Shown: positions 11,615-24,180, numbered from the whole stretch's first letter. The stretch: DNA of 63,766 bases, filler included, from Octopus bimaculoides (GCF_001194135.2; 4 parts of 4 records of this genome joined end to end with filler, not necessarily neighbours in it); one strand, 5' to 3'. Notes: generated from the sequence alone by a model not told the origin. A program made the numbers and translations.

Positions 11615-12747
11615 TCATAAATATACAGGGATTAGCAATTGAGTTGCTTCTCCAACATACTGAAAATTTAGAAATAGCAGTCAAAGAACTACTGATTCCA
11701 AACTACAAATTTTTCTCTAAAGCGGATGGCGATATTTATGGCACACATAGAACAAAAAACCGGAGGGAAAAGCGTAAACAAACCAAGCCTTTAGTTAATT
11801 GGATACGAATCGTTTCATGGTTAAGTGAATGGAAATTTCACTATTNNNNNNNNNNNNNNNNNNNNNNNNNNNNNNNNNNNNNNNNNNNNNNNNNNNNNNN
11901 NNNNNNNNNNNNNNNNNNNNNNNNNNNNNNNNNNNNNNNNNNNNNNNNNNNNNNNNNNNNNNNNNNNNNNNNNNNNNNNNNNNNNNNNNNNNNNNNNNNN
12001 NNNNNNNNNNNNNNNNNNNNNNNNNNNNNNNNNNNNNNNNNNNNNNNNNNNNNNNNNNNNNNNNNNNNNNNNNNNNNNNNNNNNNNNNNNNNNNNNNNNN
12101 NNNNNNNNNNNNNNNNNNNNNNNNNNNNNNNNNNNNNNNNNNNNNNNNNNNNNNNNNNNNNNNNNNNNNNNNNNNNNNNNNNNNNNNNNNNNNNNNNNNN
12201 NNNNNNNNNNNNNNNNNNNNNNNNNNNNNNNNNNNNNNNNNNNNNNNNNNNNNNNNNNNNNNNNNNNNNNNNNNNNNNNNNNNNNNNNNNNNNNNNNNNN
12301 NNNNNNNNNNNNNNNNNNNNNNNNNNNNNNNNNNNNNNNNNNNNNNNNNNNNNNNNNNNNNNNNNNNNNNNNNNNNNNNNNNNNNNNNNNNNNNNNNNNN
12401 NNNNNNNNNNNNNNNNNNNNNNNNNNNNNNNNNNNNNNNNNNNNNNNNNNNNNNNNNNNNNNNNNNNNNNNNNNNNNNNNNNNNNNNNNNNNNNNNNNNN
12501 NNNNNNNNNNNNNNNNNNNNNNNNNNNNNNNNNNNNNNNNNNNNNNNNNNNNNNNNNNNNNNNNNNNNNNNNNNNNNNNNNNNNNNNNNNNNNNNNNNNN
12601 NNNNNNNNNNNNNNNNNNNNNNNNNNNNNNNNNNNNNNNNNNNNNNNNNNNNNNNNNNNNNNNNNNNNNNNNNNNNNNNNNNNNNNNNNNNNNNNNNNNN
12701 NNNNNNNNNNNNNNNNNNNNNNNNNNNNNNNNNNNNNNNNNNNNNNN

Positions 12748-12847
<100 letters not shown>

Positions 12848-13498
12848 GGTGTGATGGATAAATTATTCCCATTTTTATAGTTTTTTATTTCACGCATGCA
12901 CATTGTTTCTGATTTTGTCAACTACACAGTATAGTAGGGTCACTTGGGTACTGTCTGTGAGTGTGTGTTTTGTGTGTGTGTCTACACACGTGTGTGAATG
13001 TGTGTATTTGTGTATCTATGTACATCAATGCAAACTAACATATCAAAAAACCAAAATCATTGACTTGCAAAGATGATTCATCCGTTCAGTAAAAACATAG
13101 AATTAAAGAGTATCAGACAGAAAAAAAAAACATGCCGGAGATGACACAATCAATTAAAGACCATTGAATACAGCACTCCAGCATGGCCAAACACCAGGAA
13201 ATGAAACCAGAAGAAAACTAAAAGAACAACTGAAATATGAGCATAAATACAACTACCATTGTTATACCGAGCTCAAGACAACTGCCATTTTGTTTGTAAA
13301 TGTTTAAACAAATTTGTTGTAGATGGTGCCAGCGTGACATCTTGTAAAAGACAGGAGGAGAATGGCAATAGACTAATGGAAAACACCTTTGAATAAAAGT
13401 TGGCACCTGTACCATATTAATGCTTCTAATGTGAAAATAAAGATAACATGAATGCAGTTTGCCAAATACATCTGGCACCTTGAAAGATAGCATCAGTA

Positions 13499-13537
<39 letters not shown>

Positions 13538-13559
13538 ATATATGTATTTATATATGTAT

Positions 13560-13659
13560 NNNNNNNNNNNNNNNNNNNNNNNNNNNNNNNNNNNNNNNNN
13601 NNNTTAATTAATTAANNNNNNNNNNNNNNNNNNNNNNNNNNNNNNNNNNNNNNNNNNNN
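13560..13659. other. Artificial scaffold join: N44-TTAATTAATTAA-N44
   Basis: Exactly 100 nt, symmetric, palindromic 12-mer with stops in all frames; identical structure at 39074 and 40851. Confidence 0.95.
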
Positions 13660-13660
13660 A

Positions 13661-14257
13661 GAATGTATTCACAGACACGACAGAGCTGGGACCTATATAC
13701 ACTGGAAGCTATGCTAACACTATGGAATAACAACAGAAAAAAGATGGTATAAACACACACCAGAAAAGGTCACAGAAAACGAGAAAGCAACCATACTCTG
13801 GGATATGCCAATACACACAGATAGAGAAATTAAGGCAAATGGACCAGACATAGTTGTCAAAGATCATGAAGAAAAAAAATGCTTTCTAATTGATGTATCA
13901 ATACCAGCCGATGACAACGTTTCTCTAAAAGAAATGGGAAAACTTTCAAAATACAAAGACCTGGAAATAGAGATAACTCGAATGTGGAATCTAAAAACAG
14001 AAACAATTCCTATCATAGTAGGTGCCTTAAGTATAACGAAAAAATATTCAGACAAATACATAACAAAAACACCAGGAGTTACAAATATAAATAACATACA
14101 GAAAATTGCACTACTGGGTACTGCACACTTTCTACGCAAAACATTTTCAATACAGTAAACATAAGAGCACCACAGCAAACCATAGAACATACCCAAGGCG
14201 CACAGAGCTGCGCTCGGTAGTGAAGTGAAAGCCCGTTATAAAAATAAAACTACTCAA
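13661..14257 (+). mobile_element. R4/Dong-like non-LTR retrotransposon 3' end with restriction-like endonuclease
   Basis: HRHDR...HWKLC*...WDMPIHTDREIKANGPDIVVKD...LIDVSIP...KLSKYKDLEIE...IIVGALS (RHD and PD..D..K-type RLE motifs); one in-frame stop; ORF ends 14158; 3' UTR runs into (AAT)n. Confidence 0.9.
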
Positions 14258-14268
14258 CAATAATAATT

Positions 14269-14341
<73 letters not shown>

Positions 14342-14381
14342 CACCAATAACAACAACAATAACAACAACAACAACAACAAC
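14258..14381. repeat. (AAT)n followed by (AAC)n microsatellite
   Basis: Direct reading. Confidence 0.95.
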
Positions 14382-14429
14382 ATCGAAAAAATGCCTCAGG
14401 AAAAATATCCAGATTCGAAATTTCCCCAA

Positions 14430-14475
14430 GACACCTGATGAAGGCTGGAGGGTATATCAGCCGAGACGTTGTGTT
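14430..14475 (+). ncRNA. Minimal type-I hammerhead ribozyme motif, core A14G (probably inactive), in a Penelope-like terminal fragment
   Basis: GACAC CUGAUGA A GGCUG-GAGGGUAUAU-CAGCC GAGA CGU U GUGUU: 5-bp stem I, 5-bp stem II, palindromic ACGU stem III. Confidence 0.7.
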
Positions 14476-14953
14476 AGCAACAACCAAGATGAGGACAAAT
14501 ATCCGTCAAATGTAAATAATGTACATAATTCCTCATCTCTTAAATATAGAACTGTATTAACTAATAATTGTCTTCCAACGAGTTAAAATCGCTCCGAATT
14601 CGCATGAAGAATTTTAAAACATCTACATGGATTAATTGAGTTAATTAATTCTACTGAATTAAAGACCAAATAATGAGACGAAAGCTTATTTTCATGAGAA
14701 TTCATCTGAAGAAGAAGTGGCTAAGAGTAAAAAGAAAAAGAAATAACTCGAAAATCTAATCTGTAATTTAAAAAGGAGTAAAGAAATTATATATATTTAT
14801 GTAACATATACTGCAGGAAAAAACTTCTTTTTATGGTTGCTTTATGATGCAGGCCTGAACTTTTCGCTCAATTAAAAAATCTGACTGTCATTTATTATGA
14901 CATCGACTTCCTGGTAATATTTCAAAAATTATAAAATTATTCATTTCATTTAG

Positions 14954-15016
14954 ACTTCAGGTCAGCACTACAAATCTTATACACAGGCGCCTTACAAGCT
15001 GATAAACGCTATCTTG
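14954..15016 (+). CDS. Candidate internal exon (63 nt), product unknown
   Basis: ttattcatttcatttag| acceptor and TTG|gtaagc donor; two frames open; the phase-1 frame reads FRSALQILYTGALQADKRYL. Confidence 0.4.
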
Positions 15017-15068
15017 GTAAGCCGACTCCTGAGCACAGGGAGGACACCTGGCTGATGGTGTGCATATA

Positions 15069-15196
15069 TCTCTTTTACTCTTTTACTTGTTTCAGTCATT
15101 TGATTGTGGCTATGCTGGAGCACCGCCTTTAGTCGAGCAAATCGACCCCAGAACTTATTCTTTGTAAGCCTAGTACTTATTCTATCGGTCTCTTTT
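15069..15196 (-). mobile_element. SINE family B 3' tail, inverted
   Basis: Reverse complement matches the tail at 15437-15554 with only a few mismatches. Confidence 0.9.
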
Positions 15197-15305
15197 ACGG
15201 ATTCAGCCCCACTGAGTGGCACTTTGGGCACTCTTCTGCTATATCCTCAGAGACTGACCAAAGCCTTGAGTCAAATTAGTAGACGGAAACTGAAAGAAGC
15301 GTGTC

Positions 15306-15340
<35 letters not shown>

Positions 15341-15554
15341 NNNNNNNNNNTGTGTTTGTGTTTGGTTGCCCGCCCGGCCATCGCTTGACAACCGATTTTG
15401 TTGTGTCGACGTCCCCCGTAACTTAGCGGTTCGGCACAAAAGACCGATAGAATAAGTACTAGGCTTACAAAGAACAAGTCCTGGGGTCGATTTGTTCGAC
15501 TAAAGGCGGTGCTCTAGCATGGCCGCAGTCAAATGACTGAAACAAATAAAAGAA
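15197..15554 (+). mobile_element. SINE family B, 5'-clipped copy with internal (TA)n and a small gap
   Basis: Core ggcactttgggcactcttctgcta, gacggaaactgaaagaag, complete tail. Confidence 0.9.
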
Positions 15555-16115
15555 TATATATATATTTATATATATCCGTATTATTTGATACATTAAACTG
15601 TAGAATTACTCAATGCTCCTTGAAGAGCAAATATTTATTTATTATTTTACAAGAATAGTGTTGACGTTAACTTCAAATTTCTGCCTGTTTCGCCTTCATG
15701 TTTCTCTGAAACATTTGAGTTCATCTTGACTTCATGTCATCTCTGTTGAGTTTCAAATTTCTGGGGCAGTTAGAATTCCATTGAATGGTAATTAGGTTGC
15801 AGGGTAGGCTGTGATGGAAATCAATTAAAACCTCATTATATATACATACACGCATACATGTACACACTTATGTCTGCGTGTAAGTGTGTGGCTATGTGTT
15901 CGCGGGCGTACATAAACATGGCTTTCCAAACGAATTGAGTCGGAATTTTTTTAATACGCCAAAACCTGTAGTTTCTTTATATATGTATGTTTTTAAGCAT
16001 TGTGCAATTATGATTCTGCGGAAGAACAGTTTTAGTTTTTTGCTTAGTTTTGAACATTTTCTGAGATTTATATTTTAAATAACCTGTTTGGATTAATCAT
16101 TTGTTATAACCTATC

Positions 16116-16243
16116 GAATGAAAATCTGATTTTCACCAAGAAACCACGTGTAGACATGAAAGGAGGAAATAGTGTTTTAATGTTTTTATAACTTGTTTGA
16201 ATGAAAATCTGATTTTCGTCAACAAACCACGTGTAAACATGAA
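16116..16243 (+). repeat. ~45-bp direct repeat, two copies
   Basis: gaatgaaaatctgattttc..caa.aaaccacgtgta.acatgaa at 16116 and 16199. Confidence 0.85.
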
Positions 16244-16627
16244 TAGAAGAAAAAAATACTTAAGAAACTAAATCACTACATCCCGTAGTTAGCACAGTAA
16301 GTACACTCCAAATTATATAAACAACAATATACATAAAAATTTGTGTGTTGATACATACTTCACACAAAGTGAAAAGAAAGTACACTACTTCGTGTGAGAG
16401 ACATCGTAACGTACATTATAAAAACACTCTGGACATTGACTCTATTTTTAACCCACATAACTTTTTAATCATATATACGCGTGCTGAGCTTTCTGTATAC
16501 ATACACACAGTACTTAGGAAAACGGAAACAAAACAGAAGTAAAAAAAAACGCTTTATTTATCTCGTTAATAAATGAGGTAAATTTACGCAGCATAACTAT
16601 TTGTTTACATTTTGTTCTACTCTAAGG

Positions 16628-19600
16628 ATGGACAGACAGAACAAAATTGCTACGGTGACTTCTATGGATGAAGTGTGTGATAAAACTGGTCGATGTTCCA
16701 AAATAGAACAGTGCCCAGAAAATCACATCTTTTGTCTATGCACAAAACCCGAAAACTCCTTCTGAAATTGATGGGATGAGTGTGGTAAATGTGTTTCTAA
16801 TTACCTTCAATGTGCCAGAAACTTTCGAAAGATCCCAGGTTAAAAAAAGAGGCACCATATTTCTATAATAGATGAACTCTGGGAAATAGTGCAGCTACCA
16901 AATTTCAGTTCCTAGCCTATATGTCTGTTCAACAGCAAAAATTGACGACCGTGTCTTCCTTTAACATTGCTGCTGAACAACGGCAAAAACCGACCACCGT
17001 GACTTCCACTACCACTCCTGTGGAAGAACATCATCAACAACAGCAACCCATGTCTTCCTCTCCCGATATTTCTCAACAACCAGAACCGACGACAGTGTCT
17101 TCACCTATCATTTCTGTTGAAGAACATCAACAGCAGCAACAACAACAACAACAACAACAGAAATCGACCATCAATATAGAGTTTGCGGAAATACAACAAA
17201 TGATTTCTGCTCTAAGCCGGGAAATAGCAGAAATGAAATCAAGCGTTCGTGTAGAACCCCACAATGCGGTGTCTTATCGGAATGCCTTGCTGAAAAATCT
17301 CCCCGTAGCTCTTGCTGAATCTAGACACATCGAGAAAGCTATTGAATCTGTCAACAATGAAGTAATTGAAATTGGTGTATCAGACGACATAGATGACTTT
17401 CTAGCATTTACTGCCGACTCATCCAAAAACTTAGGTTGTGTTCCTTCGAAGGGTGCTCTTCGCCTTGGTCGACCAGGTCCAAAACCCAGACTAATCAGGC
17501 TGTTTTTTTTTCAAATTCTTCTGTAGCACGTTCATACAGTTTAGCCTCTGATAAAGTTAGGCGTGAAAAGAGTATTACCTTTAGAGCATTCCCTGTTCTA
17601 CCACTTGATGTAAGTCCAAAGCTACATGCTGTAGCTTTCTTAAATCGCAACTCAGAACAATATGAAAGCTTCAGCCTACGTGACGATAGGCAGGTATGGA
17701 AGTTTATTAAGGCTGGCGAAACATAGAGAAGAGATACCAGCTGGTCTGAACACACTGTACCCACAATAGCTGGCAATGAAAAAAACTAAATCAGAACAAC
17801 CTGCTATCCCCTACACATAATCATAAACTGAAATCAAGGTACTGGAATTCTTATTGCACCGAGCTACAACGCCCAAGCTGGCTGGAATTTTATGACTCTG
17901 GAGATGTGAACACTATACTTCAGAACATTCTGAACTCAATACGGACAGCATGTGCAGTATCAGTACCACCTAAGCACAAAAGACATCTAAAAAGTGAAAT
18001 TTGGGAAACTGCGGCAGTCGGACTTGCCGGGAAAGAACGTCGTAATGCTGAACGGGAATACAAACTGCATAAATCAGGCGATAAAAGGGCAGTGCTTGAA
18101 ATTGAGCAGCACATAGTAACCAACACTGCCAGTAAGATGTTCTGGAAATATGTACGTGCAAAGCAGAGACCTCACTCTCCAGTTGGTCCTCTTCGCAATC
18201 CCCACACAAGCCAGATTACTGACGATGCCAAAGAATGCGCAGAACACATTGCTGAATGCTATGATTGAATCTTTACAGTCGAAAACCAAAACGTACCACC
18301 TCCACCACCGCTGACATCAAATTCTATAACAACTATGGAATTTAAACCTGCAATGCTGCAACGTGACCCTAAGAATAAGCGCAACTATGCCGCTCCTAGT
18401 TGTGATGGTGTTATGCGGCTGCTTCTCAAACTTTGCAGGTACTTTCTTCTGCATCAGCTTTCACTCTTCTTTCAGTTCTGTCGTAACAATGGTGCCACTG
18501 CGGAGCAGTAGAAAATTGCCAGTGTCATTTCTCTGTTCAAAAAGGGAGATCGCACGTCACCCGTCAACTATCTTCCACCCAGTCTTACAAGCTGCATTGC
18601 CAAACCGATGGAATTCTACGTTAGAGAAAGATTCTGGGAATTCTGGAATTCTCACAGCCTTATCCGGCCCTCACAATTTCGATTTATCCTTAACTCCAGC
18701 TACTTTGATCGACTTAACGAGTTTCTTGAAGACATCTCCCGGGTCACTGATGGTGGCTCATGGGTGGATGTTGTTTACCTTGACTTTGATAAAGGTTTTT
18801 TTTCTGTGCCACACAAAAGACTTATGGCAAAACTCTCTGCAATAGGTGTGAAAGATAATTTATTTAACTGATTGGAGTCCTTCATTCTCAGCCGAAAAGA
18901 GGTAGTCACGGTTCTAGAAAAGCATTCTTCACCGTACGAGATGTCATCTGGTGTACCGCAGGGATCTGCTCTTGGTTTCTTTTTGTTTGTTTCATACATT
19001 AATGACATAGATACCAACTCAAAGAATGCCACAGTGCTGAAATATGCAGATGACATCCAGCTGTACCTTGAGATAAAAAGGACAGATCCTGAACACAATA
19101 GATCTTTCCTGCAATCGGACCTGGACACAATGTAACAATTGATCACGAAATGGCAACTCAAGCTGGCTGTGGACAAGTGTACCACCATGCATTTTAGGAG
19201 GAAAAACCCAGTGTCCACATGCTCTCTCCACAACCCTAATATCAATAAGTCTTCTTGTGAACGTGACATAGGCACTACAGTCAGCTACGATTTGCGCTGG
19301 ACATAACACATCTCTAAAATTGTCAAGAAGGCTGAGGGTGTCTTGGCATCACTCAGCAAGATCTTTGCCAGCCGCCCTCCAGCTATCTATCTAAGGCTCT
19401 ATATGGCTGTGATACGGCCACACTTGGAATTTGTATCACCAGTCTGGAACCCCTACCTTGCTCAGGATATTGACCTCCTGGAAATTGTTCAGATACGTGC
19501 AACCAATCGAATACCCCCAATCAAGCATCTATCACACTCTGAACGCCTGGCTTCCGTGAGCATAGATACATTGAAACTCCGATGTCTGGCCAGTAGCCAG

Positions 19601-20001
19601 ACTTGGTAAAAATCCACAAAATTACTAACCATCGTGCAAACAACCACCTTGAGCACCTTTGTGAGCGCCATGTGTCTAAACAATTTGGGCATGCCAACAA
19701 AGTCAGGAAACAGCACAGCTCCCATGACTTTCGGAAACATATTTTCACACTCAGAATTGCTGAAGCATGGAACATACTACCTGCATCAGTTGTTAGTTGC
19801 CGAGACATTGCATCCTTTAAAAACATTATGCTTCCTGAAGTTCGCCAACACTACACCTGAAACCCCCCACTCCATACGCATGCGCATATGTATATCATGA
19901 CTAATACACTGTTCACTTTCCTGACTTTTGTACATGATTCCGTATACTGTACATGTACCTTTGATAAGTTGTAGTACACCTGAGCACTATACACAATACT
20001 T

Positions 20002-20036
<35 letters not shown>

Positions 20037-20050
20037 GTTATTATTATTAT
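16628..20050 (+). mobile_element. CR1-clade LINE, near full length and decayed (ORF1 + RT ORF2 + (ATT)n tail)
   Basis: ORF1 relic from ATG 16628 with PHD-like FCLCTKPENSF..DECGK, a Gln-rich region and LRLGRPGPKPRLIRL; ORF2 with FWKYVRAK, YLDFDK, GVPQGSALG, YADD (19043-19054), RPHLEFVSPVWNP, WNILP; several stops and frameshifts; (ATT)n from about 20003. Confidence 0.92.
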
Positions 20051-20322
20051 TGTTCAGTAGTTTTATTTTTATAACGTGCTTTCACTTCACTACCGAGCGC
20101 AGCTCTGTGCGCCTTGGGTATGTGCTGTGGTTTGCTGTGGTGCTCTTATGTTTACTGTATTGAAAGTGTTTTGCGTAGAATGTGTGCAGTACCCAGTAGT
20201 GCAATTTTCTGTATGTTATATATATTTGTAAGTCCTGGTGTTTTTGTTATGTATTTGTCTGAATATTTTTTTTATTATACCTAAGGCACCTATTATGATA
20301 GGAATTGTTTCTGTTTTTAGAC
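20051..20322 (-). mobile_element. 5'-truncated R4/Dong-like copy inside (TTA)n
   Basis: Reverse complement matches about 13985-14257; (TTA)n on both sides (20003-20050 and about 20338-20395). Confidence 0.9.
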
Positions 20323-20334
20323 ATTTAAAATTTG

Positions 20335-20378
<44 letters not shown>

Positions 20379-20629
20379 CATTATTCTTATTATTATGACA
20401 TGTGTGTGCGCGCGCCGGCGTGTGCGTGTGTGTGTGTGTGTGTAAAGGTAAGGTCCAAGGAAGCTTCAAGCAATCAGCAGAAGATATGAAAAAACATCTT
20501 TCAGAAACAATAGTGGTTTATTAGCGCAGAGGGTTGTGAAGCTTTCTCATATCGAAGTACGTTAAGCTGAAAAAAGTTGATTTTATAGTTCACGGTTAGC
20601 ATCAGGAGTTGTATATGCAAATAAACATT

Positions 20630-22149
20630 CAAACATTCGGAAATAGAGTAGATAAAATCTGGACTAAATATGTTTCCTAGCTAGCGGAACCTCGGGAGTA
20701 GTAAGTTCGAGAGGAAACCTTAGTCCTGAAGTAATAAAAGAAGAGGTTTGTACCACCAAACAGTTGGTTGGCTCTGGCTGCTAGAACTGAAATTAACACG
20801 GCACTGTTGGAAGGCAGGTTTAGAGAGAGCGCGGGCTAAGATTACGCGCCATTCCCCTCCATTGGTCAGTTGAAGTTTAGACAGTGTCACGTAACAGCTG
20901 GTGCTGGCTACTGGCTGATGGAACCTACCGGCGAGTATTTAAAGGGAATTTTGGCAGGATGGTCATTCGCACGCAGATATTCGTCGGTGCTGCATCGAAG
21001 AAACTAAAGAACAAAAGAAGAAAACGAGAAAGAAGAAACACATTCAACACCAGAGCTGAAGACACCTCCAAAACGGTAGAGAAGTAGGGGCCGAAACCGA
21101 ACAGGGTTCCTGCTGATGATGTCTTTATCCACTGGATCCTATAAAGGAGATGTTGAGGTAGCGAACCAAGAAACATGGTTGGAATTCCTCTGGGAATAAA
21201 AAGGGGCGAGTGGGGAGAGAAGGTTTAGTTTTGAAATTGGCTGGAGAGATGAACTTATGCTGGGGTTATTTGCGGTTCTGTTGAGAGATAAGTAAGTAAA
21301 CATATTATAGCATTCTATAAAGCCAGTTAAACAGTGAAAAGGATGAAGATGGAGTGTTGTTTGAAATGGCTAGCGTGAGGAGTGAAGGAAGGGTGTGGAG
21401 GATAATGTATTTTTGTCAAAATAGTTTGGCCCGTCGGGTTGTTTGTAGTAATTCAATTTTAAATTCTAGGGACGGCGACTGAAGTGGGAGATAGTGGTAA
21501 TAGCTAAAATCTGAGAATAAGTGCGTACTAGTGCGCGTACACGCGTATATGTTGTCCGTTTGTAGAATCTAGTAGATGTGTAAAATAAAGTATAAGAAAA
21601 AGATGTGTAGTATAAAGGATATTGTAGGGAATATTAAAAAATAGAAAATAATACGTTTAAAAAATATAAAGGTGGTTAAAAGGTTGTATGTTGTAAAGAT
21701 ATGTAGAATGATATCAGATGGGGCCAGGGGATGACGTGGGAGTTCGGTAAGGGATTGTTTTTATTTGTACCTAGTGAATTAATTGCATATTTTGTGCCGA
21801 CAAGTAAAAAATAATAGTATTTCGTTCGTTTAAACAATAAGTGGATAAGTGCATAATGGAGAAAATAAGTGCATAATGGAGAAAACTTCAATGATGCAGA
21901 GATCAGACTTGTTATAGCCATTGTTCGGTTTACCATGGGTGACTATGCGTTTTTAGGCATTTCTATTGAATCTGCAACGAGTTAACACGGGATCTCCCAA
22001 CAACAATGTAAACTTCACACAATCAAGGTATCCTTGGCCTGAAGAATAGCTTGCTGTCTACTGCTCGTTTGAATAATTTACTACTTCCGAGATTCCGCTA
22101 GGTATGAAACATATGTAACCTAGATTTTATCCACTCCATTCCCTAATTT

Positions 22150-22155
<6 letters not shown>
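20630..22155. mobile_element. Composite repeat with ~85-bp inverted arms; Penelope-like pseudo-LTR candidate
   Basis: Reverse complement of 20630-20715 aligns by eye to 22075-22155; inside are ATTGG (inverted CCAAT), a TATTTAAA-like element and a degenerate CTGAAGA...GAAAC motif (21056-21108). Confidence 0.4.
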
Positions 22156-22184
<29 letters not shown>

Positions 22185-22244
22185 ATCCTACACCCTCTTT
22201 CTCACAGTCCTTCTCTCTCTCTCTATCTTTGTACACACACACAT

Positions 22245-22254
22245 ATATAGATAA

Positions 22255-22288
<34 letters not shown>

Positions 22289-22298
22289 NNNNNNNNNN

Positions 22299-22341
<43 letters not shown>

Positions 22342-22342
22342 C
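22245..22342. repeat. (GATA)n microsatellite with small gap
   Basis: Direct reading. Confidence 0.95.
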
Positions 22343-22669
22343 ATTAACTCATTACGTAGGGAAAATAAAAATACTATTATCTATTTATTTGAAAGTTTTG
22401 GAAAAGAAATTTTGAACGTAGATGTATGTCTGTCTCACAACAAGACTCAAACGAAATCAAAATAGTCAAATAAATATTGAAAAATATAATGACGTAAAAA
22501 CAGTGAAGAGAACTTTCGAAGAGATGCAATTTCCTGGCTGTCGTTTCATTTCATCACGCTACAAAAATTCGAAAATGTAAGATTATTCGTTTCATTAATT
22601 CAGGAAAACCATTTTTTTGTTTGTTTTTTTTACATCCCTCTCATTCTTAACTACACTGCTTTCACAAAA

Positions 22670-23515
22670 CTGTTTCATTGCAATCAATACTGTATTATGT
22701 CATTATACAACCAGTACAGATGTATTCTCACGAAAACGACCTGTCTGCGTTTTCATTACCTTCAATACTAAGCTGCGTCAGTTTGGCAAGTGACAACTGC
22801 TGAGCTGTCATTACAATCACTGAGCTGTAACAATACAAAATGCTGAGGTGTTTTATTACAACCACTAGTATGCTGAGTAGCTACAATCACCAATTAGCGG
22901 TTTCAATATGGCTATCAGTGTATATAAGTGCCGTATCATTAAAATAACAAGTGATCTGTTTCCTTACAAGCTCCATCACGTGTTGTGTTATTACAAATAC
23001 TTGTACGGTCTGATCACAATCATTAGTCAGGTTTATTACGTTCATAACTGAAGTTTATCATTACGTTAAACGCACCGCTGATCTTATTACATTACAATCG
23101 ACACAAATTTGTGTCGTTACAAATTATGCTTAGGTGTGTCATTACACACACGTATGGCTATATCTTAATAGTAATTGCTGAGTGTATTACAGCCATTATT
23201 AGGTTGTATCATTAAAACCAAAACTGAAGCTGTATCATTACAACCTCTTCTAAGTTTTCCTTACAATCACTGATGATCTCTATCATTCGATCCAACACTG
23301 ACATGTGCCATTACAACTAGCATTGAGGAGAATGACTTCATAACACACTGAAAAGTTCCAATACAATACACATCACACACGTAAAAGCGGTCTCATTTGA
23401 AGATGTACTAACCTATTTCATTACAACCATCAACTAATTCTGTCATTACAACGAAGATTGAGTAGCATCATTACAACCACCACCACCGAGATATGTTATT
23501 GCAACCACTTTAGTA
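22670..23515 (+). repeat. Highly degenerate minisatellite, unit roughly 20-26 bp (ctgagctgtatcattacaaccac-like)
   Basis: The (t)cattacaa(c/t)ca motif recurs many times at short spacing with ctgag/ctgaag linkers. Confidence 0.7.
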
Positions 23516-23712
23516 CAATGTCAAATTACCTAACACAGGGTGGTGATTCTCCTAGTTTACGGCGCTGCCCCTCATATCACACCTTGATCAAAGTCTCCTG
23601 TTTGAGAGTGAGAGTGGCTTTCGGTAAAAACGTGTAATCATCGACGTGGTGTTTATTCCAAGACATCTACAAGAGAACTGCCAGGAATAGAATCCCGATT
23701 TCATTTATATAT

Positions 23713-24116
23713 AGGCGCAGGCGTTGTTATGTGGTAAAATATTTGCTTCGCAACTGCATGAATACGGGTTTAGTCCCACTGCGCGACACTTTGGGCAAGT
23801 ATCTTTTACTATTGCCTCGGGTCGACCAAAGCCTTGTGAGTGGATTTGATAGACGGAGACTGAAAGAAGCCTGTTGTATATATATATACATGTATATGTG
23901 TATATATATATATACATGTATANNNNNNNNNNNNNNNNNNNNNNNNNNNNNNNNNNNNNNNNNNNNNNNNNNNNNNNNNNNNNNNNNNNNNNNNNNNNNN
24001 NNNNNNNNNNNNNNNNNNNNNNNNNNNNNNNNNNNNNNNNNNNNNNNNNNNNNNNNNNNNNNNNNNNNNNNNNNNNNNNNNNNNNNNNNNNNNNNNNNNN
24101 NNNNNNNNNNNNNNNN

Positions 24117-24180
<64 letters not shown>

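Noticed and set aside
13240-13400. BED zinc-finger-like STTNLFKHLQTK on the minus strand
   Set aside because: Only one short motif; upstream cysteines not recoverable.
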